From a virus, in the IMG/VR virus record IMGVR_UViG_3300042549_007727: 64,000 nucleotides of DNA. One strand, given 5' to 3'. This document shows, one piece after another, positions 8,756-19,159 of the stretch. Each line of letters starts with the position of its first letter. Within the stretch, counting starts at the first letter, position 1. The notes below the pieces were generated by a model that was not told the DNA's origin, did no database searches, and worked only from the letters and a program-made list of their open reading frames with translations. A program made the translations under genes and the position numbers.

Positions 8756-10377
8756 TGCTGATCAGTATTGCCCTACTAGGCTATGGTGCTGTAGGGAAAG
8801 AAGTCCACAGGCAACTTAAAGATATTGCTGGCTATGGTGTTGACTTTCAGATACACATAATACAAGTTACAGATCTAGCTAAACATCAAGTAGATAAAAC
8901 AGAAAATTATTGGAACGTAGTTGGCGATGGAACCATTGGGACCATCAAACAGACAACCATAGGTGATGATGCTCCCTGGCTTAGGGAGTCGGATGGTCAT
9001 GACACTATTGTCGACTGCACTAGCTATAGTGAAGAGTCTAAGCAACTTGTTTTTGACCTATTAAAAAGAGGACTATGGCTACATACAAGTAGCAAAGAAC
9101 TTGTATTAAAACATTGGCAAGAGCTACTTAAAATTTGTAGATCTACACCTAGGGCAGAAATAACTTTTAATTCAATAGTTGCTTCTAAAAATATGCAAAA
9201 GTTTATGAATATTGATTTAAATAATCAAAATATTAAAGAGCATATCGAAAAAGTTAAGTTACATGAATCTAAAAATGTAACTGCTAAAACTGTTGCAGAT
9301 TATATTGTTAGAGATATAGTTACTGAGTTAGAGTCTAGAAGAGCTAGATTTGATAAGAAATTAATTAATACGACTATTGAGGGTAGACACTACACTCCTA
9401 CCTATTTTCAAGGTTTATTTGGTGGCAAGAAATTAAGAGACCTTGGAAGAGAAAAAACTATAGTCGATTCGGTTCCGGGAGATATTACTAATGAATACCT
9501 GGCAAATAGGCATGAACATAGGTTTTTTGGCGGGCTAGCTGGTTCTGAGTTAGTTGCTGCTGGGTGTTCATATACTTATGGAAACGGTGTCCCTCAGGAG
9601 GCTGCATGGGCAAGTGTAGTTGGAGAGAGACTTGGTATACTTCCTTATGTAGTTGCCTTCCCTGGGCTTTCAACATTTTATATTGTAGAAGAGCTCTTTA
9701 GGTATTTTAAAGCCTATGGGAATCCTAAAATTCTTCTTTGCCTATTTCCAGATTTAAATAGATTTACTACTCCTTTAGATGGAGACATACTTTCTAATGT
9801 AGGGGAGACAAAAAAAATAGAAGAAGTAGCAACAATAAATACACTAGATAAATTTGATCCCCAAAGAGTTAGGTATTTAAAACGTCCTTACAATGCAAAT
9901 CAGGTATTTTCTCAAGACTTAGCCACATACTATTCAATAAGAAGCATAAGAATGTTGGAGCAATATTGTAGTTCCGCTGGGATAAAGTTTCTGTGGAGCA
10001 CTTGGGATGATGATTTTACTAGTGTCTGTAAGAATCTTAGCCAAGATAGTTATTATGCTTTTGACAATTATTTTGATCATACGGACTATCACAATTCTTT
10101 TCTGTATCTGACCCATGATTCTATTCCTGGTATTCCTGTTCCTGTAGAAAACTATGACTACTGTCGACTAAACCATAGTGACACTAAATGTGGTTGCGGC
10201 ATATATTGTAATGGAAGTCAAATAGAGGAAGACTTAATAGAAAAATATGGAATAGATCAGTTCGTTAGTGGAGTAGACTACACTGAAGAAAATTCAACAC
10301 ACCCAGGGGTACACTACCACTATCACATGGGCGAAGCCTTTATTGCCGAAATAGAAAAACTGGCACCTAGGGATTAA
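8755..10377 (+). CDS. Rossmann (homoserine dehydrogenase NAD-binding-like) plus SGNH-like fusion protein
   Basis: N-terminal IALLGYGAVG. The C-terminal half is paralogous to 2789..3742 (AGCSYTYG, HPGVHYH). Confidence 0.55.
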   Translation: MLISIALLGYGAVGKEVHRQLKDIAGYGVDFQIHIIQVTDLAKHQVDKTENYWNVVGDGTIGTIKQTTIGDDAPWLRESDGHDTIVDCTSYSEESKQLVFDLLKRGLWLHTSSKELVLKHWQELLKICRSTPRAEITFNSIVASKNMQKFMNIDLNNQNIKEHIEKVKLHESKNVTAKTVADYIVRDIVTELESRRARFDKKLINTTIEGRHYTPTYFQGLFGGKKLRDLGREKTIVDSVPGDITNEYLANRHEHRFFGGLAGSELVAAGCSYTYGNGVPQEAAWASVVGERLGILPYVVAFPGLSTFYIVEELFRYFKAYGNPKILLCLFPDLNRFTTPLDGDILSNVGETKKIEEVATINTLDKFDPQRVRYLKRPYNANQVFSQDLATYYSIRSIRMLEQYCSSAGIKFLWSTWDDDFTSVCKNLSQDSYYAFDNYFDHTDYHNSFLYLTHDSIPGIPVPVENYDYCRLNHSDTKCGCGIYCNGSQIEEDLIEKYGIDQFVSGVDYTEENSTHPGVHYHYHMGEAFIAEIEKLAPRD

Positions 10378-10417
10378 CCTAGATGCCAGCTCTGTTTGTA
10401 GCTACCTTGTCGGGCTA

Positions 10418-11083
10418 TTACTTTCCTGCTTTTGGTTTGGCTGGTTTAGCGGCACCAAATCCTGGGACCGGGTTTACTAGTTTTCCGGTTGGCTTCTTCT
10501 TTGCTTTTAACTCAGTTGCATCAAAGCTTGGAGGAGTACTATCAATCACACCGTCGTCTGGGGTCATGTCTTTAGCAGAGTCCTTTAGCTTTTCCCATGA
10601 CATAACTGCTTCAACAAAAGCGATAGGGCTAACAAAGCCTTTACCATTTAGATCCCAGCGGTGGACCTTACCTTCTACAATCTCGAAGTGAAGGTGGCGA
10701 CCGGCGGAAGCACCGGTGTTTCCCATAATTCCAAGAATGGTTCCAGCTTCGATCTTCTGACCAGTCTTTACTTTTAAAGAACCTTCAGCCATGTGGCCAT
10801 AACGAGTGACATACCAAATGCCATTAATCTTGCACTTCAGGTCTACGTAGTAACCGACGCCACCTAGGGACCCGTCAGCATTCTTTAGCTTTGAAGTGCC
10901 AGCGTAGACGACTGTGCCGTCATGCCATGCTTCGCAGTAAATCTTTGCGTCCGGTCCCCAGATGTCATCGCCGTTATGATGCTTCTTGATTTTCTCGATA
11001 GGATGCACCCTCCATCCGAAGGGACTTGTAATTTTCCAAGCCTTACCCTTTTTTCCATCGATAGGGTATTGTGTTTTTGCCAT
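10418..11083 (-). CDS. M23 family peptidase (endolysin-like)
   Basis: HNGDD, YGHM, GNTG.S.G.HLHFE. Confidence 0.9.
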   Translation of the reverse strand: MAKTQYPIDGKKGKAWKITSPFGWRVHPIEKIKKHHNGDDIWGPDAKIYCEAWHDGTVVYAGTSKLKNADGSLGGVGYYVDLKCKINGIWYVTRYGHMAEGSLKVKTGQKIEAGTILGIMGNTGASAGRHLHFEIVEGKVHRWDLNGKGFVSPIAFVEAVMSWEKLKDSAKDMTPDDGVIDSTPPSFDATELKAKKKPTGKLVNPVPGFGAAKPAKPKAGK

Positions 11084-11194
11084 TTATTCTTTCTCCTTGT
11101 GTTTTGGATTTTGTTCCAAGTGTAGGAACAAATAACGCCGTCTTCGACAAGCCCCCTTGATTTTTTAAATAAACGTCAAGCCACATACTTTAAA

Positions 11195-11869
11195 CTAACC
11201 TAGAAGTCCCCAAGTCTTAGGTCCGACAATTCCATCAGCAGTTAGACCTTTTGAAGCTTGGAATGCAACAACAGCTGCGTGAGTCTTAGGACCGAATGGA
11301 CCAGTAGGGTTTACGCCTAGTTTGTTCTGAAGGTAGAGAACGTCTGCGTTAGCAGGTTCGCCTTGCTTTAGCATTCTTCCTGGGTACGCTCTTGTTCCAG
11401 CTTTAGCAGGTGCAACTGGTGCTGCTGGTGCAGGTGCAGCACTTGTAGGTGCGCCACGGAAAACTTCGTAGTCAATGTTTCCCGCTCCCATAGTTGGCTT
11501 TCCACCGACTCTGAATGAGAAATGAAGATGTGCGCCGTAGCCGTTTTCTTTGCCAAGACCTGAGCCACCAACTAAGCCAATAACTTGACCTTGCTTCACT
11601 GCTTGTCCTGGCTGTACATCAATACGCGAAAGATGTAGGTAATCTGCGTTGTGACCGGATGGGAAACTTAGGAAGATCATACGTCCTCCCGAACCAGTGA
11701 AGGTCGTAACGGTGCCGGCTACAGTTCCATCGGCTACTGCTTTTACTGGTGTTCCAGTAGCAACCGCATAGTCTACTCCAGGGTTTAGCGAAGGCTTTGC
11801 CCTATTCTTGTGCCCGTTAAAGCTATCTGAAATTGATCCGCCATCTACTGGCCTTATCCATGTTGACAT
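11195..11869 (-). CDS. M23 peptidase with peptidoglycan-binding domain
   Basis: GVDY, YLHLS, HLHFS; C-terminal FQ..GL.ADGIVGPKTW. Confidence 0.9.
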   Translation of the reverse strand: MSTWIRPVDGGSISDSFNGHKNRAKPSLNPGVDYAVATGTPVKAVADGTVAGTVTTFTGSGGRMIFLSFPSGHNADYLHLSRIDVQPGQAVKQGQVIGLVGGSGLGKENGYGAHLHFSFRVGGKPTMGAGNIDYEVFRGAPTSAAPAPAAPVAPAKAGTRAYPGRMLKQGEPANADVLYLQNKLGVNPTGPFGPKTHAAVVAFQASKGLTADGIVGPKTWGLLG

Positions 11870-11973
11870 TGTATGTCTCCTTATTAGTATTTAAAATGTA
11901 GGGTATTCCCTAATATCAATTGTACCAAGCGGGGTAGGATGCGAATTAGGTTGGATTGGTGTAGGCTGTTGAT

Positions 11974-12243
11974 ATGAATTATGAAGAGCGTAGTACGCGT
12001 CTAAGTGACTACATGTCAAAAGCAATAGAAACAAAGTCCCTAGCTGAAAAAGCCTACAATGATGCGATGGATACCTCCGCTGAGTTCGGCTACGAAATGG
12101 GAGTTATGTCTGAGAAAGCCCGTATTGAGGGTGAAATAAACGCACTTACTGAGTCATTGACAGATGAAGAAGAAGATGCTAAGTTGACGTTAGAGATAGT
12201 CAAACAGATTGTCGCTAGGACGGATATTGAAGAAGATGAATGA
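11974..12243 (+). CDS. Hypothetical acidic protein
   Basis: ORF track; TAGGCT -10 element just upstream of the ATG (leaderless). Confidence 0.6.
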   Translation: MNYEERSTRLSDYMSKAIETKSLAEKAYNDAMDTSAEFGYEMGVMSEKARIEGEINALTESLTDEEEDAKLTLEIVKQIVARTDIEEDE

Positions 12244-12901
12244 AGATAACAAAGATTTTGATTTTGACCTGTCCAGATACGCTGGCTCTTTAGATCAGGA
12301 AAAACTTTCTGATCTTTGGGCAAAGGTAGAAGTTGCAAAAATTATGATGGACCAGGCTAACAAACTAACTAGACAAGTTTTTGCTGACCTTGAATTTTAT
12401 CAAATGACATCTGAATTTAATACCTCTAGTAGTGATGATGACTAAAAATGGTTGAGTGCTTTTGGTGTGACACTTTTTATAATGAAACTGTAGAAGACAA
12501 ATGCCCCAACTGCTCATCAAAAATAGGTAGTCCAGTGACTGAGCCCGCTCCTAGGGACTTCCCATTAAGTGACGCACCTAGATCATGGCGACGTGATATT
12601 AAAGTTATGGAGCGAATTTGTGTGCACGGTCTCGGGCATCCGGATCCAGAACTTGAGTATGAGGGAGAAGATGCAGTCCACAACTGTGATGGTTGTTGTT
12701 GGAGTGAGGCACCTTAATGCAAACATGGATTGACATACTCACGGACCCGCACCATCTACTAGCAGACTTCCTGATGAATGTTGGATTTGAAATAGCATTT
12801 GCTTGGGTTACATATTTAATTCTAGTTAAAGCTCTTAGACAGAGTAGAAGAAAAAAGCCTAGGGGAAGAAGAGCTAAAAGAAGGTCTGATACAATTAGAA
12901 G

Positions 12902-13222
12902 ATGAACAGCTTAGATGGTAAGACTTCTGGTGTGTATAAGGTTTATACAGAAACCAGCTCTTACCTAATTAATCTCAACAGAGGTATGGCTAAGCGCGTG
13001 CCTGGGGATGGAATGGGCAGAGCTCCCGAGGAAGAGCTAGAGATTGAAGTAGTAATGCTTCGTGGGGATAATATGTGGTTTAATCTTCGGGCAGTGAATG
13101 CTACTGTTGGTCAGATAATGCACCTAGATTGTGAAGGAATTGATGCCACAAGCGGCTATACTTGGCGTAGGACAACAATCGTACGAAAGATTGAAAAGAT
13201 AGATGGACGCAAAAAAGTATGA
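12902..13222 (+). CDS. Hypothetical protein
   Basis: ORF track; within a run of short coupled plus-strand ORFs. Confidence 0.6.
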   Translation: MNSLDGKTSGVYKVYTETSSYLINLNRGMAKRVPGDGMGRAPEEELEIEVVMLRGDNMWFNLRAVNATVGQIMHLDCEGIDATSGYTWRRTTIVRKIEKIDGRKKV

Positions 13223-13377
13223 TCGGCAGATTGAACTTGTCGACATGGGTGAGGCCGAAGAGCTCACTGTAAAAATGATCATGCAAGAGGGAGCCTTACG
13301 GTTCCAGGACTTGGTGGTTGCTGAACTTACAAAGCATGGTATGTTCGACGCCATTACTGTTATAGAAAAAGTCGAGC

Positions 13378-13650
13378 TTGACTCTTAAACAAAGAGTTAA
13401 GGATGCTGCAAAACCACATCTTGCCCAGTATGGGAGAGCTCCTGTATTAGTTAAAGGCGCAACTTGGATTCTTGTTGCGTTGATTATTATTCCGGATCCT
13501 TTTGACTGGATTCCTGGACTTGCTCTAATGGACGAACTTTTGTATGCTTCTGTACTATTATGGTTACTACACAAGTATGGTGCAGCTGCTGGTGAGGACA
13601 AAAGAAGTGCAAGAGATCTAGTTAACGAAATTCTAGGGAGAAAAAAGTAA
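13378..13650 (+). CDS. DUF1232/YkvA-like membrane protein
   Basis: IIPDPFDWIPGL..MDE motif. Confidence 0.5.
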   Translation: MTLKQRVKDAAKPHLAQYGRAPVLVKGATWILVALIIIPDPFDWIPGLALMDELLYASVLLWLLHKYGAAAGEDKRSARDLVNEILGRKK

Positions 13651-13937
13651 TGGACATTGAACAATTTAAAGAAGTATCTAAACCGTTTTACAGCGAGACC
13701 TATCAAGTTCTAGTTAAGAAGCAGGCTGACTATGGGCCACTTAATATCTCTAGAGCTCCGGGGGGTCCTTTAAATGGTCTTAGGGTCCGTATGCATGACA
13801 AGCTATCTCGTATTAATCATTTAGTTGACAACGGTGCAACACCAGAGAACGAAAGTTTGCGCGACTCTTTCCTAGACCTTGCAAACTATAGCGTTATTGC
13901 GATGATGGTTTTAGATGGTAAATGGCCAAGTGAGTAA
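13650..13937 (+). CDS. Nucleotide-modification-associated domain 1 (DUF1599-like)
   Basis: KK..DYG..N...RM.DKL.R...ESL.DS..DLANY. Confidence 0.8.
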   Translation: MDIEQFKEVSKPFYSETYQVLVKKQADYGPLNISRAPGGPLNGLRVRMHDKLSRINHLVDNGATPENESLRDSFLDLANYSVIAMMVLDGKWPSE

Positions 13938-14374
13938 TGAAGAAGCTGAAAAGCTTCGTCAAGAGGGCCGCGAGGAAGTCTTGGACTGGCTTGTAACTAA
14001 GGAGTTCCTTGGCTACAGTAGGCCAGAAAACCTATACTTTAGGTGGGACTGGTACAAGGGAATCCTGACCCAGATGCCTTGGGCCAAATCAGATAAAAAC
14101 CAGACTGATAAAATTGCCTTATCTTGATTGATAGGAAATATTATGACCCCAACACCTCCATACTTTCAGAGCCAAATGGAAGAGCAAAAGAAATGGGACT
14201 CTGGATTTAAAGCTGGAGTTGCTGAAGTTGTGGCTGCTCTAGAGGAAAGCGTATCAGCTGAAGACCTAGAGGGGCCGACCAAAGACTGGGTTAAAGACTT
14301 TAGCGCCAAGGTTTCAAAAAAGTACTTGTAGACTATATACTTTAAATAACATAAATCCTAGGAGAAGACAAGCT

Positions 14375-14671
14375 TTGAGAATTAACGAAAGCAGCCTGCG
14401 TCGTCTCCAGAAGCAGCGCCACTTGTATGACATCCAGCGGATGATTCTGGCCAATCCTTTGTTTAAGAACTTGGGAGCAAAAGACCAAAAGACTTTGCAA
14501 AAGCTTATATACAAGGCCGAGCTAGCTGAGATGTTTATGCGCGACCGCAACGTGGTCAGGATTAATCAGTCTTTTGATGAGCTTGTAAATACCGTATTGG
14601 ATATGATAGACGGTCCATATGATGAAGAAGAACTTGAAGAAAAAAGACGTCGCGAAGAGGACGATTTCTAG
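14375..14671 (+). CDS. Hypothetical protein
   Basis: AGGAG RBS, TTG start. Confidence 0.6.
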   Translation: MRINESSLRRLQKQRHLYDIQRMILANPLFKNLGAKDQKTLQKLIYKAELAEMFMRDRNVVRINQSFDELVNTVLDMIDGPYDEEELEEKRRREEDDF

Positions 14672-14746
14672 ACTTTTGTGTGTATAATAAAACTGTACTT
14701 GTCAAAGGGTACTGTTCATTGTTGTTATCTCTTTTAGTGATTGATG

Positions 14747-14781
14747 AAAAAAGCCCCCGGTGTAAAAGCCGGGGGTTTTTT
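14747..14781. terminator. Bidirectional intrinsic terminator
   Basis: A6-GCCCCCGG-loop-CCGGGGG-T6 between convergent genes. Confidence 0.85.
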
Positions 14782-14799
14782 GTTTTTAAGATCTATGTG

Positions 14800-15789
14800 C
14801 TATGGAAGTCTTGACCAAGTTATTGGGCCGACAATCCCATCGACAACCAACCCCTGAGACTGTTGAAACTCTTTGACTTTTCTTTCTGTAATTGGACCAA
14901 ACTGACCGTCTGGCTTTATTCCAAAAACTCTTTGAAGGTAGGCAACATTCACTCCAGTTGAACCGCGCTTTAGTGCTCTACCTAATCTTGGTTTACTACT
15001 TGTCGGAGCTGGTGGAGTGGGGACTGGAATGGTAGGTGTGGTGGTTCCTAATCTTCCGTAAGTTATTGGGCCAACTATTCCATCAACCTTTAGTTCATTT
15101 GCTGATTGGAATGCTCTTACTGCTCTGTCAGTGATTGGACCAAACTGACCGTCTACTGTAATACCAAGAACAGATTGAATATATCTAACAACTTCGCCAG
15201 TTGATCCTATTTTTAACGAGCCAGATAGGGCTGGTTTACCAGAAGAATTAGCCGGTACTGGGGCTGTAGGTGCAACACCTGAAGCCCTGTTGTTGCACTC
15301 ATTGACTATGTAGTCAAGCTGAGACATTATGAATGGTCCAGGACAAGCAGTTGATTTGTATTGTGAGTGCCATGCAATAAAAAACTCAGACTGAGCTACA
15401 GATGGTTGATTCTTAGCAAAGCCTCTACCTGCTCTAGGTGATTGACTTGCGTGAAAAACAATAACGTCAATAAGTGATTCTAGAGATTCAGAAGATATTG
15501 GCCAATCTCCTCCAGTAGAAGAGTTATCTATCTCAAACGAAACAGCGTTTGGATCTGGGGCTCCACCAGTTGAGTGGGGTCTGCGTTCAGGGTTTACAAT
15601 CCCTGTTACAGCTCCGCTTCTGGCGATGTGATATGTAGGGTGTGAGTTTCTAGTGTTGGCATTGGCTACATAAGATAGTCCGTTGGTGCCTGCAACGTGG
15701 TGAATTACTACACCATTTATTGGCTGTCCGTTACGACTGCCTCCGAAACCGTTGTCTTGTATCCCTGAGATTTTTGGGTACCACGTCAT
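14800..15789 (-). CDS. N-acetylmuramoyl-L-alanine amidase with two peptidoglycan-binding domains
   Basis: VVIHH, S.EI, H.....TACPG; two DG.FGP.T...FQ....L.VDGIVGP.T repeats. Confidence 0.9.
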   Translation of the reverse strand: MTWYPKISGIQDNGFGGSRNGQPINGVVIHHVAGTNGLSYVANANTRNSHPTYHIARSGAVTGIVNPERRPHSTGGAPDPNAVSFEIDNSSTGGDWPISSESLESLIDVIVFHASQSPRAGRGFAKNQPSVAQSEFFIAWHSQYKSTACPGPFIMSQLDYIVNECNNRASGVAPTAPVPANSSGKPALSGSLKIGSTGEVVRYIQSVLGITVDGQFGPITDRAVRAFQSANELKVDGIVGPITYGRLGTTTPTIPVPTPPAPTSSKPRLGRALKRGSTGVNVAYLQRVFGIKPDGQFGPITERKVKEFQQSQGLVVDGIVGPITWSRLP

Positions 15790-16127
15790 ACTGTTCTCCT
15801 TAGTTTTCCATAATTATTTGGAATGTGTATTGTTACTGCTTTTCAGCATCAAGATATAGTATACAGGAAAGAGTTTTCACCCTTTTATTTATATAAGATT
15901 TAGCCTGTCTCGCGCAGCTTTACTGCAACGAACGTTCCTAAATCCTCGCTTGAAGGAGGAAACGTTATCTATGGTGCGTAGGTGTGGACGCTGGCTGTAG
16001 TAAAGATTGGCAGCATCTGACGCTTCCTTGCGAAGCTCGGGGGTGTCTGCTTGCGCGAAGTACACAAGGTACTGAAAAGCCCTGGCAATCAATCTCATAG
16101 AGAAAGTTTACCAGGGCCTAAAAGTTA

Positions 16128-16334
16128 CTACTTGGTCTTCTTTTTTGTTTCTTTTTCTTCCTTTTCATATCGGAAGAATGGGAATGTTACTACCCATAGG
16201 AGGAGGGTTAAAGCAATTAGGTTTCCTGTTAGGTCCTTAGCAGATCCTTCTAGTACTAGCCATGCAACGGCCATACCAAGAAGAGTCCACGACTGCTCGA
16301 TTACGTCTTTTACTAGTGCTTTGATGAAATGCAT
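16128..16334 (-). CDS. Small two-TM membrane protein
   Basis: Two hydrophobic helices and a basic tail. Confidence 0.6.
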   Translation of the reverse strand: MHFIKALVKDVIEQSWTLLGMAVAWLVLEGSAKDLTGNLIALTLLLWVVTFPFFRYEKEEKETKKKTK

Positions 16335-16742
16335 TTACTTGCTTCCTTTTTCTCTTCTTTGTTTTAATAGCTCGAAGTCTTTTACTTTTGTTTCTCCCAT
16401 GTAGTCCCACGCGTATCCTCCTGCAATTAGTGCAGTGTTGACGGATTCGCTTGAGCCATCTAGGAAAATCCAACCAAGGATGCGACCATACTTTTCAGTA
16501 GAGTCTGGCTTTTCGGTACGAATAACAATTTGGGTCGAAGACTTAAGTAGCTCAGCTAAGTGCTTCTTTACTTCTAGTCCTAAGACCTTTTCTGCCTTGT
16601 CGGTGGTGCGTGATTCTGGTGTATCTATTCCAGCTAAACGAACTCGCTGGGTGTAGGAGATGTTGAAGCCTAGATCTAGATCGACGTCAATAGTGTCGCC
16701 GTCAACTACTCTTAGGACTTGCTTTACTCGGTATTCGTACAT
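16335..16742 (-). CDS. Staphylococcal nuclease (SNase)-like protein
   Basis: RVVDGDTI, VRL.GIDTPE, KYGRILG. Confidence 0.9.
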   Translation of the reverse strand: MYEYRVKQVLRVVDGDTIDVDLDLGFNISYTQRVRLAGIDTPESRTTDKAEKVLGLEVKKHLAELLKSSTQIVIRTEKPDSTEKYGRILGWIFLDGSSESVNTALIAGGYAWDYMGETKVKDFELLKQRREKGSK

Positions 16743-18731
16743 TTATGCTCCGCTTCTTATGTTTACGGTGGTTGCTATGCCGGCCATTGAAACGGCGGAT
16801 AGGGCTATCTGGGTCACGATGACAGACGCGATTACTGTCTTTTCTGATTGCTCTCGGACCTGAGGGCTCATGTCAGCTCCTGCGTTTCCTAGGAAGTTAA
16901 GGGTTTCTAGGGCACCACCAAGGACGTCACCAAGAAGTGGGATGGCTGCTAGAGATTCGTCTAGAACAATGTCGTCTGCCTGGGCTGCCACAAATAGGGC
17001 CTCAAGAGCCTGCACGTACTCCTCGGAGCCCTGCTCGGCTGTTTCGAAGGTCTCAAGAGCTGCCTCAATAAGAGCCTCTACCTGGGCCTCTGAGAGGTCT
17101 GTAGGGACTATTTCTTCTAGGTCAATAGCCATAAGGACTTCAGGGGTAATCTCCTCTGGCAAATCCTCTACAGAAGTGATAGTCTCTTCTTCAGAAGGAG
17201 TTGGTTCAGGTGAAGGTTCAGGTTCAGGTTCAGGTTCGACAGGTTCTGGAGAAGGCTCTACAGGTTCTGTGGTTGGCTCTTCTGGTTCTACTGGTTCCTC
17301 TGGCTGTGGTGTGGTCGGTTCTTCTGGCTCTGGCTCCAGCGATGGTTCTGGTTCTGGGACTACTGGTGTGGTCGGCGGTACGGTTGGTTCGACGCTCGGT
17401 TCTGGGGATGGAGTCGGAATCGGCTCATAAGTAATTAGAAGGATTAGCACCTTAGGTGTTCCAGGGGCTGGATCATTCTGGAAAGTATCGTTTGATACTT
17501 CTACTGTTGCTGAAGTCTCTCCAGCTAATAGTTCAAACAAAATAGAAGAGACGTCTTGTCCTCTAGTGCCATTGTTTGGATCTCCGTAGTATCCAGTAGC
17601 ACTTGCAATTCTTTGACCTTCAGGGGCAACTATTTCTACAAATGAATTTTCCCATGTAGTTGTTGCACCTTCTGGAACTGTAGGTGCAGGAGGTGGAGGA
17701 GACGCCACTACTGTCGAAGCAGTGTCTGAGTAAGAAGAATAGATGGCAGCTGTGTCGTTATCAGAACGTATTCTGAATTGATAGGTCTGATCTAGTCCAC
17801 CTGTAGTTGCAAACGAATCTCTAGGTATGATGATGCTGTTTGTAGTAGACGCAATTCCCCAACCAGTGACAAAGTTATCTGTCGACCAACTGACTGCGTA
17901 GCGCTCTACTGAAGTGCTGGTAGGTGTTGGAGCATCCCAGGTGAGCTGAACGGTTCCATCTTGAAGCTGGGTGGCAGTAACGTTTGTTGGAGCGTTAAGA
18001 GATGGTGCTGGCTCTGGAGTTGGTTCTGGGGTAGGTTCTGGAGTAGGAGGATTGAAAGGTGCCTCTTCAGTTGGCTCAGGAGCTAGAACTGGTGGCTCTT
18101 CTGCTTCTTCAATTCCGTAGGTTTCGAAGTCAACGATGCTTCCGTCGTTTAGACGCACTCCAGTTCGTGGATTGTTTTGTGGGTACTCTGGGCCACTTAG
18201 GGTGTAAGCCATTGCAACTGTGCCGTCTGAAAGAATGGCAGCAGTGATGATGATTCTTGTTGGTTCTGGTGTGCCCTGTAGCCAGATTGGTCTAGCTGAA
18301 ATGTCTACTTGGAATCCACCATCTGATGAACGAATGATGAGATGTTCATCTGCTCTGTTGTTTGGGTAGACGACCCAGTCGAAGGAGTAAAGGGAGATAG
18401 AAGGAGTAGACGGATAGGTCCAGTAAGTTCCGTCTGGAGCACCAAACGTAATTACTGAGTTAGTAGTTGCATAGATGTTGTTGTAGACAACTCCGTCAAA
18501 AGTCACAGTAGTTGTGAGGGGGATCTGGTACGAGACGTCGTCTCCACCACAGGTATTGATTTCGGTGATGACTGGTTCGGTTGAGGCATTCTGCTGGGCA
18601 GCAGCGACTGCAGCGACTTGTCCAGGGTTTACACAGTTAGCGTGTGCAAAATCTACTGCTAGGAAGACTGGAGCAAACGCTAGTAAAAAGGCTAGAAGGA
18701 TTCTGCTTCTAGTTAGTTTAAATTTAGGCAT
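16743..18731 (-). CDS. Secreted/membrane-anchored protein with an FN3 domain and Pro-Glu-Thr linkers
   Basis: Signal peptide; APTNVTA...LTWDAP...YQFRIRS FN3 pattern; PEPE/PEPT repeats; C-terminal hydrophobic segment. Confidence 0.8.
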   Translation of the reverse strand: MPKFKLTRSRILLAFLLAFAPVFLAVDFAHANCVNPGQVAAVAAAQQNASTEPVITEINTCGGDDVSYQIPLTTTVTFDGVVYNNIYATTNSVITFGAPDGTYWTYPSTPSISLYSFDWVVYPNNRADEHLIIRSSDGGFQVDISARPIWLQGTPEPTRIIITAAILSDGTVAMAYTLSGPEYPQNNPRTGVRLNDGSIVDFETYGIEEAEEPPVLAPEPTEEAPFNPPTPEPTPEPTPEPAPSLNAPTNVTATQLQDGTVQLTWDAPTPTSTSVERYAVSWSTDNFVTGWGIASTTNSIIIPRDSFATTGGLDQTYQFRIRSDNDTAAIYSSYSDTASTVVASPPPPAPTVPEGATTTWENSFVEIVAPEGQRIASATGYYGDPNNGTRGQDVSSILFELLAGETSATVEVSNDTFQNDPAPGTPKVLILLITYEPIPTPSPEPSVEPTVPPTTPVVPEPEPSLEPEPEEPTTPQPEEPVEPEEPTTEPVEPSPEPVEPEPEPEPSPEPTPSEEETITSVEDLPEEITPEVLMAIDLEEIVPTDLSEAQVEALIEAALETFETAEQGSEEYVQALEALFVAAQADDIVLDESLAAIPLLGDVLGGALETLNFLGNAGADMSPQVREQSEKTVIASVIVTQIALSAVSMAGIATTVNIRSGA

Positions 18732-18734
18732 ACT

Positions 18735-19019
18735 CTACTTCTTGGCCTTAGCCTTAGTGGTGGAATTGCCGTCCTGATCGACGCCCTTAAGGGACATAGC
18801 AGGGGCAAAGGCAGCGTTGATTTCTGCGCGGGTAAGTTTGCCATCTTCTAAGAAGGCAACGGCTAGACGTTCAATAACTTTGGCAACTGCCAGGATTCCG
18901 CCCATAGCCATAGCTAGCCATAGGTCTACACCCATGACAGCTCCAGCGCCAATGACACCTAGGGCAGATGCTACGAAGGTTGCTAGGATACGTAAAAATA
19001 CGTTGAAAGTTGTGGACAT
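18735..19019 (-). CDS. Membrane protein (holin-like)
   Basis: Two TM helices; DGKLT..EIN.AF. Confidence 0.55.
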   Translation of the reverse strand: MSTTFNVFLRILATFVASALGVIGAGAVMGVDLWLAMAMGGILAVAKVIERLAVAFLEDGKLTRAEINAAFAPAMSLKGVDQDGNSTTKAKAKK

Positions 19020-19159
19020 TTGGAGGCTCCTGATTGGATGCCTCTCCCCAGAGTGTTACTACAATTTTAACAGAAAATTTTTTATATAAGATGGAATTAT
19101 TAACTTGACAAACCGATTAATGTACTGTAATTTAAGACTCAAGAACGAAAGGATTAGAA

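Noticed and set aside
16870-17430. Plus-strand Gly/Ser-rich 186-aa ORF
   Set aside because: Antisense shadow of the Pro-Glu repeats in 16743..18731.
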